Made by a program: the position numbers and the translations under genes. A stretch of 64,000 nt of DNA from Girardia tigrina (taxonomy: Eukaryota): contig MQRK01224867.1 in the NCBI GenBank assembly GCA_001938485.1, positions 1-64,000 of the forward strand, in the 5' to 3' direction. The notes below the pieces were generated by a model. The model saw only the letters and a program-made list of their open reading frames with translations. It ran no database searches and was not told where the DNA came from. Positions 14,159 to 25,789 of the stretch are shown in pieces (position 1 is the first letter of the stretch; each line of letters starts with the position of its first letter).

Positions 14159-15476
14159 GTAAGTAAATCATCAGAATTAATGGTTTTAATGAAATAATAA
14201 TGTTCATATAATAAAATTTATTTTTATATACAGATTTCGGTAAATACTTATTAAATTTTACAATTAAAAGATGCTCTTTTATATGGATAAATAGTGTTCT
14301 GTTCGGGTAAGGGTTACTAGGGTCATTGTCATGAATTTTGGTCTATGTCGATAGAAGGAACCCCTTATAATTTACAATTGAATTACCTTTTTAAAGCAGA
14401 AAAATACTGAAATTATTGGAGAAGAGTTCCATCTCGGAATGTTTCTTGAGTCCTGTGACTGCTTCTATCGTCGAGTGGACATCTAATCATTTGATTCTTT
14501 CGATCGGGTTTTAAAATTCGATATTATAAAGAGAACGAAATATTTTTCAAATAGCGTGGTGTTAATAATTCCAAATTATCTGATCGGGAATATAATTGGC
14601 AGAGGAGACAGCAAGACCAACAATATTTGACCATTTTCTAAGATGACGATCAAAATTGAGACGAGTAACAGTGAGATAAAAGTCTTCATTTTCTCACCAC
14701 TCTGGGACACCCCGCCGACTCTATAGTGCCGCAGTCATGTAACTGCGCACGCCTGGATAATTTTCATTATCAACAGAAATACTTTGATTCACATAACGAG
14801 TGGCAGTTTTGTGAATCAATTTTCATAATACATTACAACGTATTAATTAATATTCAAAATTGGTAAAGCCAAGTGTCTTAAGTGTTAAAATCTTTAATTA
14901 AAATAAATTAAAAATTGGTTAAAGCGTTAAATAATTTTTTGAACTTAAAATGATTTTTCCGACTTGATTTTAAATGGTCTAGGACAGAGTTGTATGATCG
15001 ACTTAAATTTTTATTACTTAACTGCGATCGACTCTTTCAGAAATGAGAAAACATAACATAGTATGTTAATTAATCTTATTATAAAATTAAATAATCATTA
15101 TACAATGTAATTGTTATTAATTTTTGGATGCTGATGCATGGCATTCCATGTCATCGCAAAGTCTTGTAAAGACTGATTTGTATTCACTGATACACAGTCT
15201 AGATGCCATCAAGTGGTTATCAGTCAGAGAAATTTTAAGTTGGGATTTGATTATGGCTCATAATTAACCGATCATTAAAATAATAATAAATGAGGATAAA
15301 TTTAGTTATAAAAGGGCATTAACTTAACAGAAATAAAAAAACTATATTTTGAGCATTAATTTATTTTCAGACATGCGAAAGAACATTAATTAAATAAAAA
15401 ATAAACTAAATTAAAAAAGAACTTTATTTGAAACGAAATTGAGAATATAAAAAGTTACCAATTATCATTAATTTAA

Positions 15477-15858
15477 CGGATAACATGAAATAGTAGGACA
15501 CCTACTATTTTAATAGTAGGTGGAAAAAAATTGAAAAGGCGCCCAATATTGGTTTACACCTACTATTTGGTGCTTTTGTTTTGAACTTNNNNNNNNNNNN
15601 NNNNNNNNNNNNNNNNNNNNNNNNNNNNNNNNNNNNNNNNNNNNNNNNNNNNNNNNNNNNNNNNNNNNNNNNNNNNNNNNNNNNNNNNNNNNNNNNNNNN
15701 NNNNNNNNNNNNNNNNNNNNNNNNNNNNNNNNNNNNNNNNNNNNNNNGTTTCATGCTTTAAAAACGATACACCTACTATTTTAATAGTAGGTGGAAAATT
15801 TTTTGAAAACTTCATTACACCTACTATTTCATGTCCACCTACTATTTGATGTTATCCG
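15477..15858. mobile_element. MITE with TIRs, flanked by TTAA (spans an assembly gap)
   Basis: CGGATAACATGAAATAGTAGG / CCTACTATTTGATGTTATCCG. TTAA on both sides. Internal ACACCTACTATTT repeats. Confidence 0.75.
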
Positions 15859-15879
15859 TTAATTAACTATTGTTTTAAT

Positions 15880-15997
15880 AATGATTTTTAACAAGAGCTG
15901 GTATGCCTCTTTTACACTTAGTACCGATTTCAATATTTTTAGTTTGCGGTGGTGGCTTTTCAGTATTTTAATCTTATTGCCATGCCAATGATGTGCT

Positions 15998-16051
<54 letters not shown>

Positions 16052-16101
16052 NNNNNNNNNNNNNNNNNNNNNNNNNNNNNNNNNNNNNNNNNNNNNNNNN
16101 N

Positions 16102-16151
<50 letters not shown>

Positions 16152-16860
16152 TGAGAAATTCTTGCATATGCATGTACGTTTCTTCCATTCAACTTCATTG
16201 TTAGGTAAAATCACACATCAAATTCTGAATTGAGTAGATTTAAATGTTTCAAATGAATTGAATCGACCATTTTCATAGTTCTTTATATCCTTATTAGATA
16301 ATTTTGTATTATTGCTCACTGACAAATAATGTTTTGTGACATTTGCTTCTGGAATTGAAATGACTTTGTTTGATTTAGCCAAATTGTATTTCTTTCTTGT
16401 AAATTTTTTAAATTATGTCACTTGAATCATGTTTTTAGATCATATTTTTACTATTGAGGAAATTACAATGGTGAATCTTGAAAGCGGTAAACGTTCTTGC
16501 AAAGTATATTCATCTTTGATTATTCTATATTTCGCTTTAAGAGCATTATATGTGCTTGGAGTAAATAATTCTAAGCCTTCATACGAGCCATTCTTTGCTG
16601 ATAACCATTCATTTGTAAAGTATTCTATAAATCTGGTTTCATTTTTCCATCACTTGTAATGTTTCTTTGCGTAATACTACAAATCCTATCATTTTCGATT
16701 TTTTCTTTTGCTTTTTGTTTGTTTTCATATGTATAATATGGAAACCCTTTTCTTCTAGTTTGCTGGGAATGTATCTTCACATTTGTATAAGTTTGTATGT
16801 TTTCAAATTCGTTTTCACTATCAGTTTGATATTGAGCTATTCATTGATTATTAATTTCTT
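15880..16860 (-). pseudogene. Degenerate MULE transposase C-terminal part with SWIM zinc finger, interrupted by (TA)n
   Basis: FIEYFTNEWLSAKNGSYEG...PSTYNALKAKYRIIKDEYTLQERL and CICKNF-[(TA)n]-ICKHIIGMAIRLK. Confidence 0.7.
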
Positions 16861-18389
16861 AAAATTTTTAGCTTTATTTCGATTTATTTAATTATTTAAA
16901 TTTTCAATCAATTGATTTTGTTAAGTTGTGAATTATTAAAAATACCAAAGGTTAAATTTGTTATTTAGACAAATTTTATTTTTTTTGATTTTCCTTTTTT
17001 AAATTTATTTTCCAATATTTTTTTAATTTCGATTATAAATCGAAATTTTAAAAAACCAAAATACCTATTTTTGAAAATTAAACAATTAACAATAACACTC
17101 TCTTACAGTAGGGGACAAAATAATAGTCACCCCCATAAAAGTTTAGGTTTTTTACTGAAACTTTTGCTTAAATGTTTCAAATTCGCATGTGCATTTAAAA
17201 TTTCTTACTTTTACAAGAAAAGCGATATAAAAACACAATTACAGATGTTCATTTATTTATTTTATTCATTTTGAAGCTAATAAATAAATTTACCTGGCAT
17301 TGTACATTATAATTATCATGACCAATATTGACAATTATGATTGCATTATTTTTAAAATGATAGATTTTGCCAATTGATTGCCATCAAGTGGTTATCAGTC
17401 AGAGAAATTTTAAGTTGGGATTTGATTCACATAAAAAATAACGCTGCAGACAAACTAACATTTGTTTCGTCATGAAAACTTTTAGGGTTTGGTAACAAGA
17501 AGATAAATTTATTCACATGAAAATAACCAGTTACTGGGTATCAAACATGTCCTTTTCACATTAATCATGAGAAACAATCATATTTCATTTATTTACTTGT
17601 TTCTAACTTAGTTTTCTAACTTAGATTGTTGAAATAAAAGTTACTGTGCGGTTAATTAACCTTGTGATTCTATTAATTTTTGTTTTCTTAATTTATATGT
17701 AAACTAGAAAATGTATTTCGAGATTTTTTTGGGTAAGGTAACTGTAGTAAACATATTAAACAAAGACACGTATCTCTGCACATAGTAAAAAAAATAAGTT
17801 ATTCCCATTCCTTATGAAAATGATATATTTTTTGGTTTTTCTTAATCAATCCTTTAATATAAAATTTACATTTAAAATAAATATTTAAGTATAATATATT
17901 TTTAAAATAGTTAAAAAACAGAAACAAACAAAATCTAAAACAAATATATAAATTTTTATACACGAATTAACACCAAATTTTGGACTATTCTGTAATTACT
18001 CACAAATACTGTATGTATTTTTATTTAATTTTTATCTCATGTAAATGTATTTTTATTTTGGTTATGAGATTGACAATTTTTGTTCATATTTTTATTTTTA
18101 TTTTATTCACCAATTTGCTTCTCAAGAAATTATTTAAGAAAAGAAGATTTGATTTGGGAAGTTATTTAAGAAAAGAAGATGAAAAGTTTAAGAAGAAGAT
18201 CAAGAAAGAGAGAAATTTAATCATATGATACCATTGCCACAAATATCATATAATATCGTCATATATTTATAATTTATGATTATATGATTTGGATTTTAAA
18301 TTTAAAATCCGAATCAATGCACAATTAATCAACAATTATAATTTTTGAGTATACGTTTTCGACTTAATTAATTCAACATTTATTATTTT

Positions 18390-18485
18390 GTCAACACTAT
18401 TTCGCCAGTATTATTGAATAACTATTTCGCCAGTTTTGTCGAACAATTATTTTGCCAGTTTTAACGAACAATTATTCCGCCTGTA
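18390..18485. repeat. Short degenerate tandem repeat (~4 copies)
   Basis: Recurrent AACWATTATTTCGCCAGT-like unit. Confidence 0.65.
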
Positions 18486-19020
18486 GTTAAAAATACTGAC
18501 AGTAGATTTTATTCATTGTATATATATTCAATTTTAAAGTGTTTTAACTCTGGTTAATTGTAATTAATATTGTTGCAATAAAAATCATATACATCGTTGA
18601 TTAATCGTTTCATTTTACCACGTTTTTATTAGCTTGCTTTTACATTATATGGTATATTTATTTTTCGTAAAACAACGTATTTATTACTATCAGCAGGTTG
18701 TTTTACATATTCAAACAAAATCCAATATCATTTTTAATTACCATTAATTTAAACTTTAAATACATTAAATGTTAATTTAAATGTTAAATTAATTTAAATG
18801 TTAAATTTTGAGTCTTAATTGAAAATCATAATGAAAAATTGTGTATTTACATTTTATTTTTAGGATTCATTTTTACTCTATTATTAAATATTTTAAATTT
18901 ATCTGAAAAATGTCAACTATCTACTATCGAACAATTCTCGATCGACTGTTTGCTAACCACTGGTCTAGGACAACATTGCGGGAGCTTGAGTCGGGCATAT
19001 CCTGAATAACAAGACTTACT

Positions 19021-19023
<3 letters not shown>

Positions 19024-19078
<55 letters not shown>

Positions 19079-19151
19079 NNNNNNNNNNNNNNNNNNNNNN
19101 NNNNNNNNNNNNNNNNNNNNNNNNNNNNATATATATATATATATATATATA
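19024..19151. repeat. (AT)n microsatellite with gap (others at ~16000-16146 and ~25050-25147)
   Basis: Directly visible. Confidence 0.95.
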
Positions 19152-20200
19152 GTTTTGGGGGTTTAGGGTGTATCTTTTAGCTAAAATCCCTTTACTCATA
19201 AGTAGACAAAGTGAAAATAATTGCCCCTTCTGAGAATTTTTTTTAAATAGAGTTCAAATATATAGATATATACAATAAATTTATTTTATAATTTTTTATG
19301 TAAAAATGATAATAATAAATCATTTTTAAATATCTGAAATTGGACTTTCACAAATAATATATCAAGATTGTTAATTTGAAATTCTATTCTAACAATCTGT
19401 ATCGCGAACCACCCAAAAATATCAATCAACCATATGGGTAGGAGAGAATCAATTCCATTAGGAAAAACAACATACAAAATGCAAAACACACTTCATTATT
19501 CAAAATACTCATTACTGACTGGATAGCATATGATGAGTATTTTAACAAGGAATTACAAGGTTTTATAAATGATATGATGAGTTAGTTAATTTTCTTTTCG
19601 CTGATAAAAATTAAATAATTTAAATAATTATATGTTGTATTTTAATAAATATATAATTTTTGAAAATAATAAATTTGACTAAATAAATTTTAATATTCTG
19701 GAATACAAAATTTTTTTAATTTAAACAAATGAACAATATTTATGAATAATTATGATTAAATAAAATCGAATTAAATAATATTTTTAAATTTTTGTTTCTG
19801 AAAATTTAATCAGAATTTGAAAATATATAGTTAAATAGCGGCAAATTGATTATTAAAAGAAAATTGAAAATTTGTTTGAATTTGTTTGTAATAAAAATTA
19901 TTAATTGTGCTATTCCTGACAGACAATATTGAAGTAACTAACAAAGGAATTTATTTCTTGTTATTTTTAAATGTCGACCTATACGCTGTTAAATATATAA
20001 AAATATTTCAAAATGAAATATACTAAAATTTACTAAAATTACCCCAAAATGTAAGTATTTACTTAAATCTAGTTTTTTTTAAAACACATTTAATTTAAAT
20101 TTAAAGAATATCACAAAATAATATTAGTAATATTGAATAAAGGATAGTACCAAAAGTTAATACATTGTATGACAGGTTGCTTCATTTGCATATTTAATGC

Positions 20201-20702
20201 TGTGAGGAATATTTTAAATTATTTGAATGTGTAAATGTATGGATGTTGTATGTTGATTTAAGTATGTTGAATTTAGAATGGTGATTCTCCCACCCAGATG
20301 GAAATTGGTATTTTTTTATTACATTTAAAGGATTGATTATTCGAACATAATTAAAATAATCATTTGATAAGTTCATATTTTTAATTTCACAATTCAAATT
20401 AAATTTAATAATTTTTAGTAAAATTTAAATTAAATGCATTTTTAATAATTTGATGAAATTTTTATTATTTTGGGATTTATCGAGAAATGGTAAAAATTAT
20501 TATTTTTTAATTAATATTTTTTAGACGTTAAATATTTTAAAAAATAACTAAGAAAAATTTTTCGAATAATCATGATTAATAATAGAAATAAGAAAACCAA
20601 TTAGAACGATGGCAAACGATGAAGGACCTTCTGAGTGTTGTAATGACTCTAAATGTAATTGCAATAAAGATTTAAACGAGACTTGTCTAAATGTTCTTAA
20701 TA
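20201..20702 (+). repeat. Solo LTR with TG...TA termini, TSD AATGC/AATGA
   Basis: TGTGAGGAAT...GTTCTTAATA with a 4/5 TSD match. Shares the CTCCCACCCAGATGGAAATT block with the other copies. Confidence 0.75.
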
Positions 20703-21655
20703 AATGACTTTATAACAGTTCTTTTCAACAAAAATAGAATCCTTTTTAAGTTGTACTTCTTGGTTTGGGGTTGACCACATCTTACAATTTTTTTTCCATT
20801 CACATAATGTTTAGTAGTATGCCAATCTTCATAATTTGAACCAAAGCCTGCTTATACAATTGAGTTTTGTAAAGTTCCAATCTTTACATCCTTTTATGAT
20901 TCGCTAACTCATGAATTAACCAAAAAATGAACTGGAGATCTTAGACTCATATTTCTGCAATATTCAACAGATTTGTTATATACTCATTAATACACTAAAG
21001 TTTTGTTTCTTTTATTGAGCTTTATATTTCCATATCTTGTATTGGAAGATTTTGTGTAAATTTACATAAAATGATGATATGCTCAATTTTTACGGCCATG
21101 TTATTTAACTACTGAACCTATTTGCACGCGACAAAGAGCCCAAAGAATACTCTTTCCTTAACTACAGTCGATGAAAGAGAACATGCAGTCAAACAACTTT
21201 ATTAAATCTTTCTTGAACCAAGATATAGTTTAAATGGTTCATTCTTTAGAAAAAAGAAGCTTTTGAATTCGAAATAATGAAATTCTTTGAGTTGTCATAT
21301 CATTTAAATAGTGTTACCCAAACTAAATGACATTTAGTGGTATTAATTCAGTAGTTATACCATTAAACAATACAGATGCAGATAAAGTTTAAAAACTATT
21401 TAAATGTTTAACCTTAGGATCTTTGAGCATTGCGTTTTAGACATATTTTACTCAACTGGCTCAATGCAAATGAGGCTACCTACCATACAATGAATTAATG
21501 ACATAAGGCGATTTTGTTATTAAAAAAATTATAAAAAATTATCTTCTAATTAGCGTTGTTTAGTTTAGTTAACAAATGGCCCATGTTTTAAAATTTATTT
21601 ACAGATTTATTTTATTTAAATAAACAACAACTATTCTTATACTGTCTTCTTTAAG

Positions 21656-21743
21656 AATATTCAAAATGGGGACATCAACTGGATCATTCCTAGAAAGATT
21701 TTAGCATTTACTGGCCCGCGGTATAAAACACAATTGATCCAAG
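21656..21743 (+). CDS. CDC14: CDC14 exon NIQNGDINWIIPRKILAFTGPRYKTQLIQ
   Basis: AG/GT flanks. Matches the CDC14 motif ENGDFNWIVPGKFLAFSGP. Phase 1 junction G|GT to 24588. Confidence 0.9.
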
Positions 21744-22047
21744 GTTAGTTTCGCTGATTTTGTACTGATTTTTTATTATAAGACTGTAATCAAGAAGTTA
21801 AAGAGAGAGATCATTTTGTTGATATAGAGAAATATTGTTTTCATTATTTTAATCAAGAATTTCTTATTTTTGTATGTATAATGTCAATATTGTTATAATG
21901 GTAAAATGATCTCAATGAGATTATCTCAATGTTTTTTATCTACATTAGTTTCCTCTCTTGTAAATTGATTTTGTTAGTCAGAAATTTGGATTTACAATTT
22001 TAATTTTAAGATAAACAGAGATATTCTAGATTAGTGATACCAAACTT

Positions 22048-22948
22048 ACGGATGACGGGCCAACTGTGCGGCCAGGCAGACATATTTCTACATAGTGTCC
22101 CTAAAAAAATAGAATGGGCTCGACTCCGTCTCTAGGCTAAAGTGTCTGATAAGCTAGCCGATATATTGCGGAACAGCCGGTAATATCTTGTATTTAGTGT
22201 TGGACCAGCAATCCATCAACTAGGCTTAGCTATATAATCTGAGTGTGAAGGCTGTGAGGAGTAGTGACCTTGCGGTCTGTTAAGAGAACTCACACATTTG
22301 ACAAAACATTTATTACATTCACATTTCTTTTCATCTTTATGATGATCAATAGTATTGCTTTCACTTAGATCCATCACTCAATTTTCCATATCTCTCATTA
22401 TAATCTTAACTATACTTGAGAAAATTATTTTATTAAAAAATATTTAATTTAAATTTTATTGGCTTAAATAAAATATTTCTATAGTCATTTTTAAACATTA
22501 ATTTGATTTTAATTATTTAAAAATTTACAAAAATAAAAATCATTAAAATTTTTTAAAAGTTTCAATAATAAAAATTAAAAATTTGAATATTAAATCTAAC
22601 TTAAAATAAATTAGTTTCAGATTATAAGAAATTAAATATTGATAATCCATCTGGTTAGGAGAGGCACAATCCCAAATCAACATACAACATTTAAACATGC
22701 AAACACTACAAAAAACAATTATACACCCCATATTCCTAACACGGTCGATGGTTGGATTGCAACGTAATGATTCAGGATGAATCAATCCTGATGAACGCTG
22801 CTGCAATGAAGTCGGTTAATCGGCGGAGCTGAGGCATGCAAATCCCTACATGGGGGAGTGCCTTTTGAGAACCATCAGCGTCCCAGACCTCCTAAAAATC
22901 CTCAGGCTTAATACCGTAAAGGAGTAGAGGTGCACGGATGACGGGCCA
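22048..22948. mobile_element. Unclassified GC-richer unit bounded by 15-bp direct repeats, interrupted by a solo LTR
   Basis: ACGGATGACGGGCCA at 22048-22062 and 22934-22948. GC content well above the flanks. Confidence 0.5.
22278..22741 (-). repeat. Solo LTR, TG...CA, TSD CGGTC
   Basis: CGGTC at 22273-22277 and 22742-22746. Near-identical to 6209-6672. Confidence 0.9.
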
Positions 22949-24587
22949 CATCCGATCCAGTTATTACTTTATTATCATAGAAAAGTTTCGAATATTTAGT
23001 ATCTCTGTATAGGGAATAAAGTTATGAAGAGGCTCGCAAATTTATTTGTTCTTGTCCTTTAGATGACATAAGAATTTATTTAGGTTTTTATCACATGTTT
23101 TTCAATTACGGACAGATTTTTTTAGCTTATTGTTGGTGTCTAGAATAGGTTAGATTAACCATTGGGTAAATAGTCTCGATCACATGCTCGAAATCGGTAA
23201 TCCCATTTACCCTTTATTTTTAAAGTCTTCATTAAATCAATATTTTGATTGGATGTGAAATATATATCGTGAAGATTTATCTTGAAATTAATTATCAAAT
23301 TAAATTAATTAATTATCAGTAATTATGATTGAAAAATGAAATCTTAAAATTCAATTTAATTTACATTTTATATATTTAATATTAATTTACAGAATCCTAA
23401 ATTAGTGTTTAGAAATGTCAAAAACATTAATATTACATGAATATGTGGAGTAAAAATTTTCAGCATATCAAAGTTTGATCAAACATTATCAGAGAAACGT
23501 AAAAAAATAAGTAATTTAATTTTAAAAAATTTGTTTTTAGAAATTCATTGTAAATACTGTTGAGGTCATGTTTTTTTAAAAAAAATTAATATATATATTA
23601 TATACCGTACGGTTATAAATAAATAATATACCATACGGTAATTGTTATTAACAAAAATAATATTTTTCAAATATTTTAAAATATTTTGTAAAAAAAATGA
23701 GTTGATGTTTAGGGCTTCCCTTTCGGTCATTCCTGGGAATGAGGAACTATTTCGCCTCATTCCCGGGATGGCTCCGAGTTTGGAAGCCCGTGAGTATAAA
23801 AAATTATATGAAAAAAATATATATATAAAAACAAAATAATAGTTCTTACTGGCTTTTTGAGGAAATAAATTAAAAATGAAAATTCTGGGGAATATTTCCC
23901 TTTTTAATGAAAATAAGTTTCGGCTCATCTGCCGACAAATAGAAATTTGCCATTAGGCCATTAGTAGATAAGCCCATTTGGGCATAATTGATTTATGTAT
24001 TGGCCTTAATGGCCTTTCAAGTTGATTTATGGCCAAAAGGCCTAATAGTAATAATAATAATTATTTTGAAAAAAAATTTTTTAAATATTTTAATATTAGG
24101 TTGGTCGAAAAATAATGGCGGTTTTGGGACACAAACTTCAAAGACGTGCAAATTCACAGAAAATATATTAAAATTACAATTATATTAAAAATAATTGTAA
24201 TTAAAAACTTTAATTGTGTAATCAATCAAAATTGATTATCGATCTATGTAAAAAAAGAAGCGTGTCATGAAAAACAAAGTTAGAAGTGGAGAATTTTACA
24301 TATAATAAATAAATAATTAAAATGACTTACTTTTTTTAATAAAACAAAGTATTTTTTGTAAAGCATTTTACTGTAATTATAAACTTATTTGAGTGTCATT
24401 ACTTGAAAACATTTGGATTTTTATTACTAAATATGGCTTATAATTTGAAAATTTTGGTGGGGTAATGTTCCCCCCACATGTACAGAGCTGGAAGAAACAC
24501 TGAGCTAATATAAAGAAGTAATAATCGAGGCTTTGAATCATTTTAAATATACGAATAAATTAAAAATTAATTAAAACAATAATTTAG

Positions 24588-24818
24588 GTTACTTGTACCA
24601 TACACCAGAAATGTATGTATCTATATTTCACAAATGGAGAATTAGTACTGTAATACGTCTTAATTCACCAGAATATGATGAAAAAGTATTTATAAAGGCT
24701 GGAATAAATCACCACAATTTAATTTTCCCAGACGGTGGAGTACCATCCGAAAGATTAGTCCGAAAATTTTTCGAAATTGTGGACACATCTGTTGGAGGAG
24801 TGGCTGTCCACTGTAAAG
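24588..24818 (+). CDS. CDC14: CDC14 exon (GYLYHTPE...VIRLN...FPDGGVP...VAVHCK)
   Basis: CDC14 catalytic-domain motifs; AG/GT flanks. Confidence 0.95.
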
Positions 24819-24864
24819 GTATTTTATCATGTCTTTTAAAAAGCCCAAATAATCATGAAAGTAG

Positions 24865-25003
24865 CTGGATTAGGAAGAACAGGAACTTTGATAGGTTGTT
24901 ATTTAATGAAACAATATAAATTCACTGCTGGTGAAGCTATTGCATGGATTCGTATTTGCAGACCAGGCTCCGTTATTGGATATCAACAAAATTGGTTAAT
25001 GGA
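24865..25003 (+). CDS. CDC14: CDC14 exon ([46 protein letters not shown])
   Basis: Completes the HCKAGLGRTG active site across a 46-bp GT-AG intron (24819-24864). Confidence 0.95.
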
Positions 25004-25046
25004 GTAATTTTTATTCATTTTATTCCATTCTTTTTAATAACTTACT

Positions 25047-25079
<33 letters not shown>

Positions 25080-25789
25080 NNNNNNNNNNNNNNNNNNNNN
25101 NNNNNNNNNNNNNNNNNNNNNNNNNNNNNATATATATATATATATATCCATGAAATTTAGAAACCTGTTTTTAAAGGCCTTCTACTCAATCGATTTTCTT
25201 TAAACTTAGCATACTTCCTCATTCTCGATGACATGATTATGTAAAAATTTGATCGAAAAAAATCTTTTTAAGATCCTCAAATGGGCTAAAAGCGGAAAAT
25301 TCGGAGTTATCAAAAATATTAATTGCAAGATATCTATTTATAAATTATAAGTAGTTTATATTAATTTTTAATGTTTTTTTAATTGAACTTTTTTAAATTT
25401 TAAAATCTTTGTTGGCAAAGTAGAGTTCTGTCCGCATAAAGATCAGATATAAAAAATTTAATTTTTTGATTTACTATTTTTGTATATTTAAATGACAATA
25501 TACAATTAGAAATTTGTAAAACAAAAATTTAAATTTTGTTTCAATACCGACCTGTAAGATAAACGACTGTTAGAACGCAAGAATAATTTATAACAATTTA
25601 TTTAAATCCAAATTCAAAATTGTGTGCAACACTCAATTATTTAAACAACACAGCATAAATTAATTTAATATTTAATTAAAATAATTTCGAGAGACTTCAG
25701 AAAATTTTAGAACCGATTGTTAATATTGATTTTAATAAATTATAGTATTAAGATAAATTATAATAAAGATAATTCCTCACATCCCCCCT

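Noticed and set aside
15510-16233. ORFs rich in X or IY repeats (also 54773-54991)
   Set aside because: Artefacts of N gaps and (AT)n microsatellites.
18390-18485. Short spaced repeats resembling a CRISPR array
   Set aside because: Degenerate tandem repeat without unique spacers, in a eukaryotic context with no cas genes.
22780-22850. CTGATGA motif as a second hammerhead
   Set aside because: No downstream GAAA core or compatible helices found.
23710-23790. Hairpin TAGGGCTTCC...GGAAGCCC as an ncRNA
   Set aside because: More likely a tiny hAT-derived MITE relic; no TSD or RNA-family motif recognised.
24593-24919. ORF-track protein ending HCKGILSCLL as a catalytically dead phosphatase
   Set aside because: Read-through into a 46-bp intron; splicing restores HCKAGLGRTG.
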